From assembly GCA_038087875.1 (NCBI GenBank), contig CM075993.1, positions 4,774,001 to 4,838,000 on the forward strand: a DNA stretch of 64,000 nucleotides. The letters run 5' to 3'. The DNA is from Malacoraja senta (lineage: Eukaryota). A program made the translations under genes and the position numbers. Shown one piece after another: positions 62,684 to 64,000 of this stretch (position 1 is its first letter; each line of letters opens with the position of its first letter). The notes under the pieces were generated by a model that searched no databases, was not told where the DNA came from, and saw nothing but the letters and a program-made list of their open reading frames with translations.

Positions 62684-64000
62684 GCCTGAAATCATATCTC
62701 CTTACCACCCTTTCAGACCTCTTGTAGCGAAAACTCAGCTTCTCTTGGTTTACACCCTCAACATACATAGTTTAGTGCATGGAAAGACACAAAATACTGG
62801 AGTAACTTAGCAGGTCTGGCGGTGTCTCTGGAGAACATGCATAGGTGACGTTTTGCATCGAGACCCTTCCTGAAGAAGGGTCTCATCCTGAAACGTCACT
62901 TATCCATGTTCTACAGGGATCCTGCCTGACCCACAGTTACTCCAGCATTTTGTGTCTTTCCTTGGTAAAAGTTTGAGCATGTTTATTGGTGATCCCCTGA
63001 ACTTCATCCGTATCTCCATTTTCTTCGCATAACTGGTCCATCATTCCTGTTTCCAATCAAGTACATCTCCCAAGAGTTCAGCTTCACAATAACACTGCAA
63101 TAGTATGTTTTGGCAGCGCAGTGATCCATTTAGGAGATTAATATCCAGTGTTCTGGTCTATTGTTGGCAGTAGATTGAATTTTGCATGCCAGCTGAGAAC
63201 TTAATTTCAAATGGAAGACAAAATCATCAATTTTATTTCTTATCATTAAAGCAATTTCACACCCGTTAAGAAAAAGGATTTTACAGTCAAATAAGGCCGT
63301 AAGTGTGTTGCAGTCATTGCTCATATTTCCTTATAATGTCGAAGGAGGCTATTTGGTCCATGCAGGCTATCAGAGCAATCCCGTTCAACTCCCCCCCACC
63401 TCCCCAACCTATTGCCCTGTAACCTATTCTCTTTCACATGCCCGTTAACTCGTGATTTTTCCACCTTATAATTTACAATGGGCCATATGACCAATACAAT
63501 ATTTGGGTTCAAACCCAAAACATCACCTAGCCATGTTCTCCAGGGATGCTGCCTGACCCGCTGAATTGCTCAAGTACTTTAAGCCTTATTTTTTGGGAAA
63601 ACCAGCATCGTTCAGTTGAAATTAAAAAAACAGGAAATGCTGTAAACATTCAGCAGGTCAGGCTGTACCGGTGGAAAGAGGGACAGAGTTCATGTTTCAG
63701 GCTGAAGACCCTTTTGCAGAACTGGGAAAGGGGGAAACACAGTTCGATCCAGAGAAGGTGAGGGACAGGTAGATAAGGCAACGATAATATTGGTTTCAGG
63801 GGAGGCCACGATGGTTGCGTGGATATGTTCTGGAGGTAAACTTGGAGACAGTTAAAAGGTGATAATATGAACAAAATGTCAAGCGTTACAAAATCCAAGT
63901 CTGTGGGACCTCCCAGCAAGTCTGGAGTCCCTCCTCTCACCTTCTCTGCAACTTAAATCTCACTTCTTTTTCTGCCTTTTTCTCCCACACCATCGTGGCC

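Noticed and set aside
58100-64000. Exons of the expected downstream neighbour (PSTPIP1 in human synteny)
   Set aside because: No recognisable coding exon or CpG island; the region is mostly repeats.

Overview
Vertebrate genomic DNA, most likely a cartilaginous fish (skate or ray), judged from HE1-type V-SINEs, Deu-domain SINEs, CR1 LINEs and dense Penelope pseudo-LTR fragments. Two genes lie head-to-head. On the minus strand is the 5' part of SCAPER: CpG-island exon 38081-38356 and exons 21757-21874, 17848-17936 and 6696-6884, continuing beyond the left edge. On the plus strand is a complete RCN2 (reticulocalbin-2): a probable non-coding exon 1 ending at 42860 and seven coding exons 46285-55536 (960 nt, 319 aa, C-terminal HEEL). 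Most ORF-track entries are spurious or transposon-derived. There is a 306-N gap at 2395-2700. The most notable observations are: (1) about 30 Penelope-derived elements, many folded back and flanked by target-site duplications (TSDs), carrying a hammerhead-ribozyme catalytic core with covarying stem II; (2) a twice-inserted, highly structured ~140-nt retroposon with an (AAG)n tail; (3) a possible 92-aa Gly/Ser-rich N-terminal extension of SCAPER; (4) repeat-poor, homeodomain-motif-rich SCAPER intronic blocks that are candidate Islet (ISL2) enhancers; (5) two satellites bracketing the RCN2 promoter. Homology calls come from recalled sequences, not database searches.
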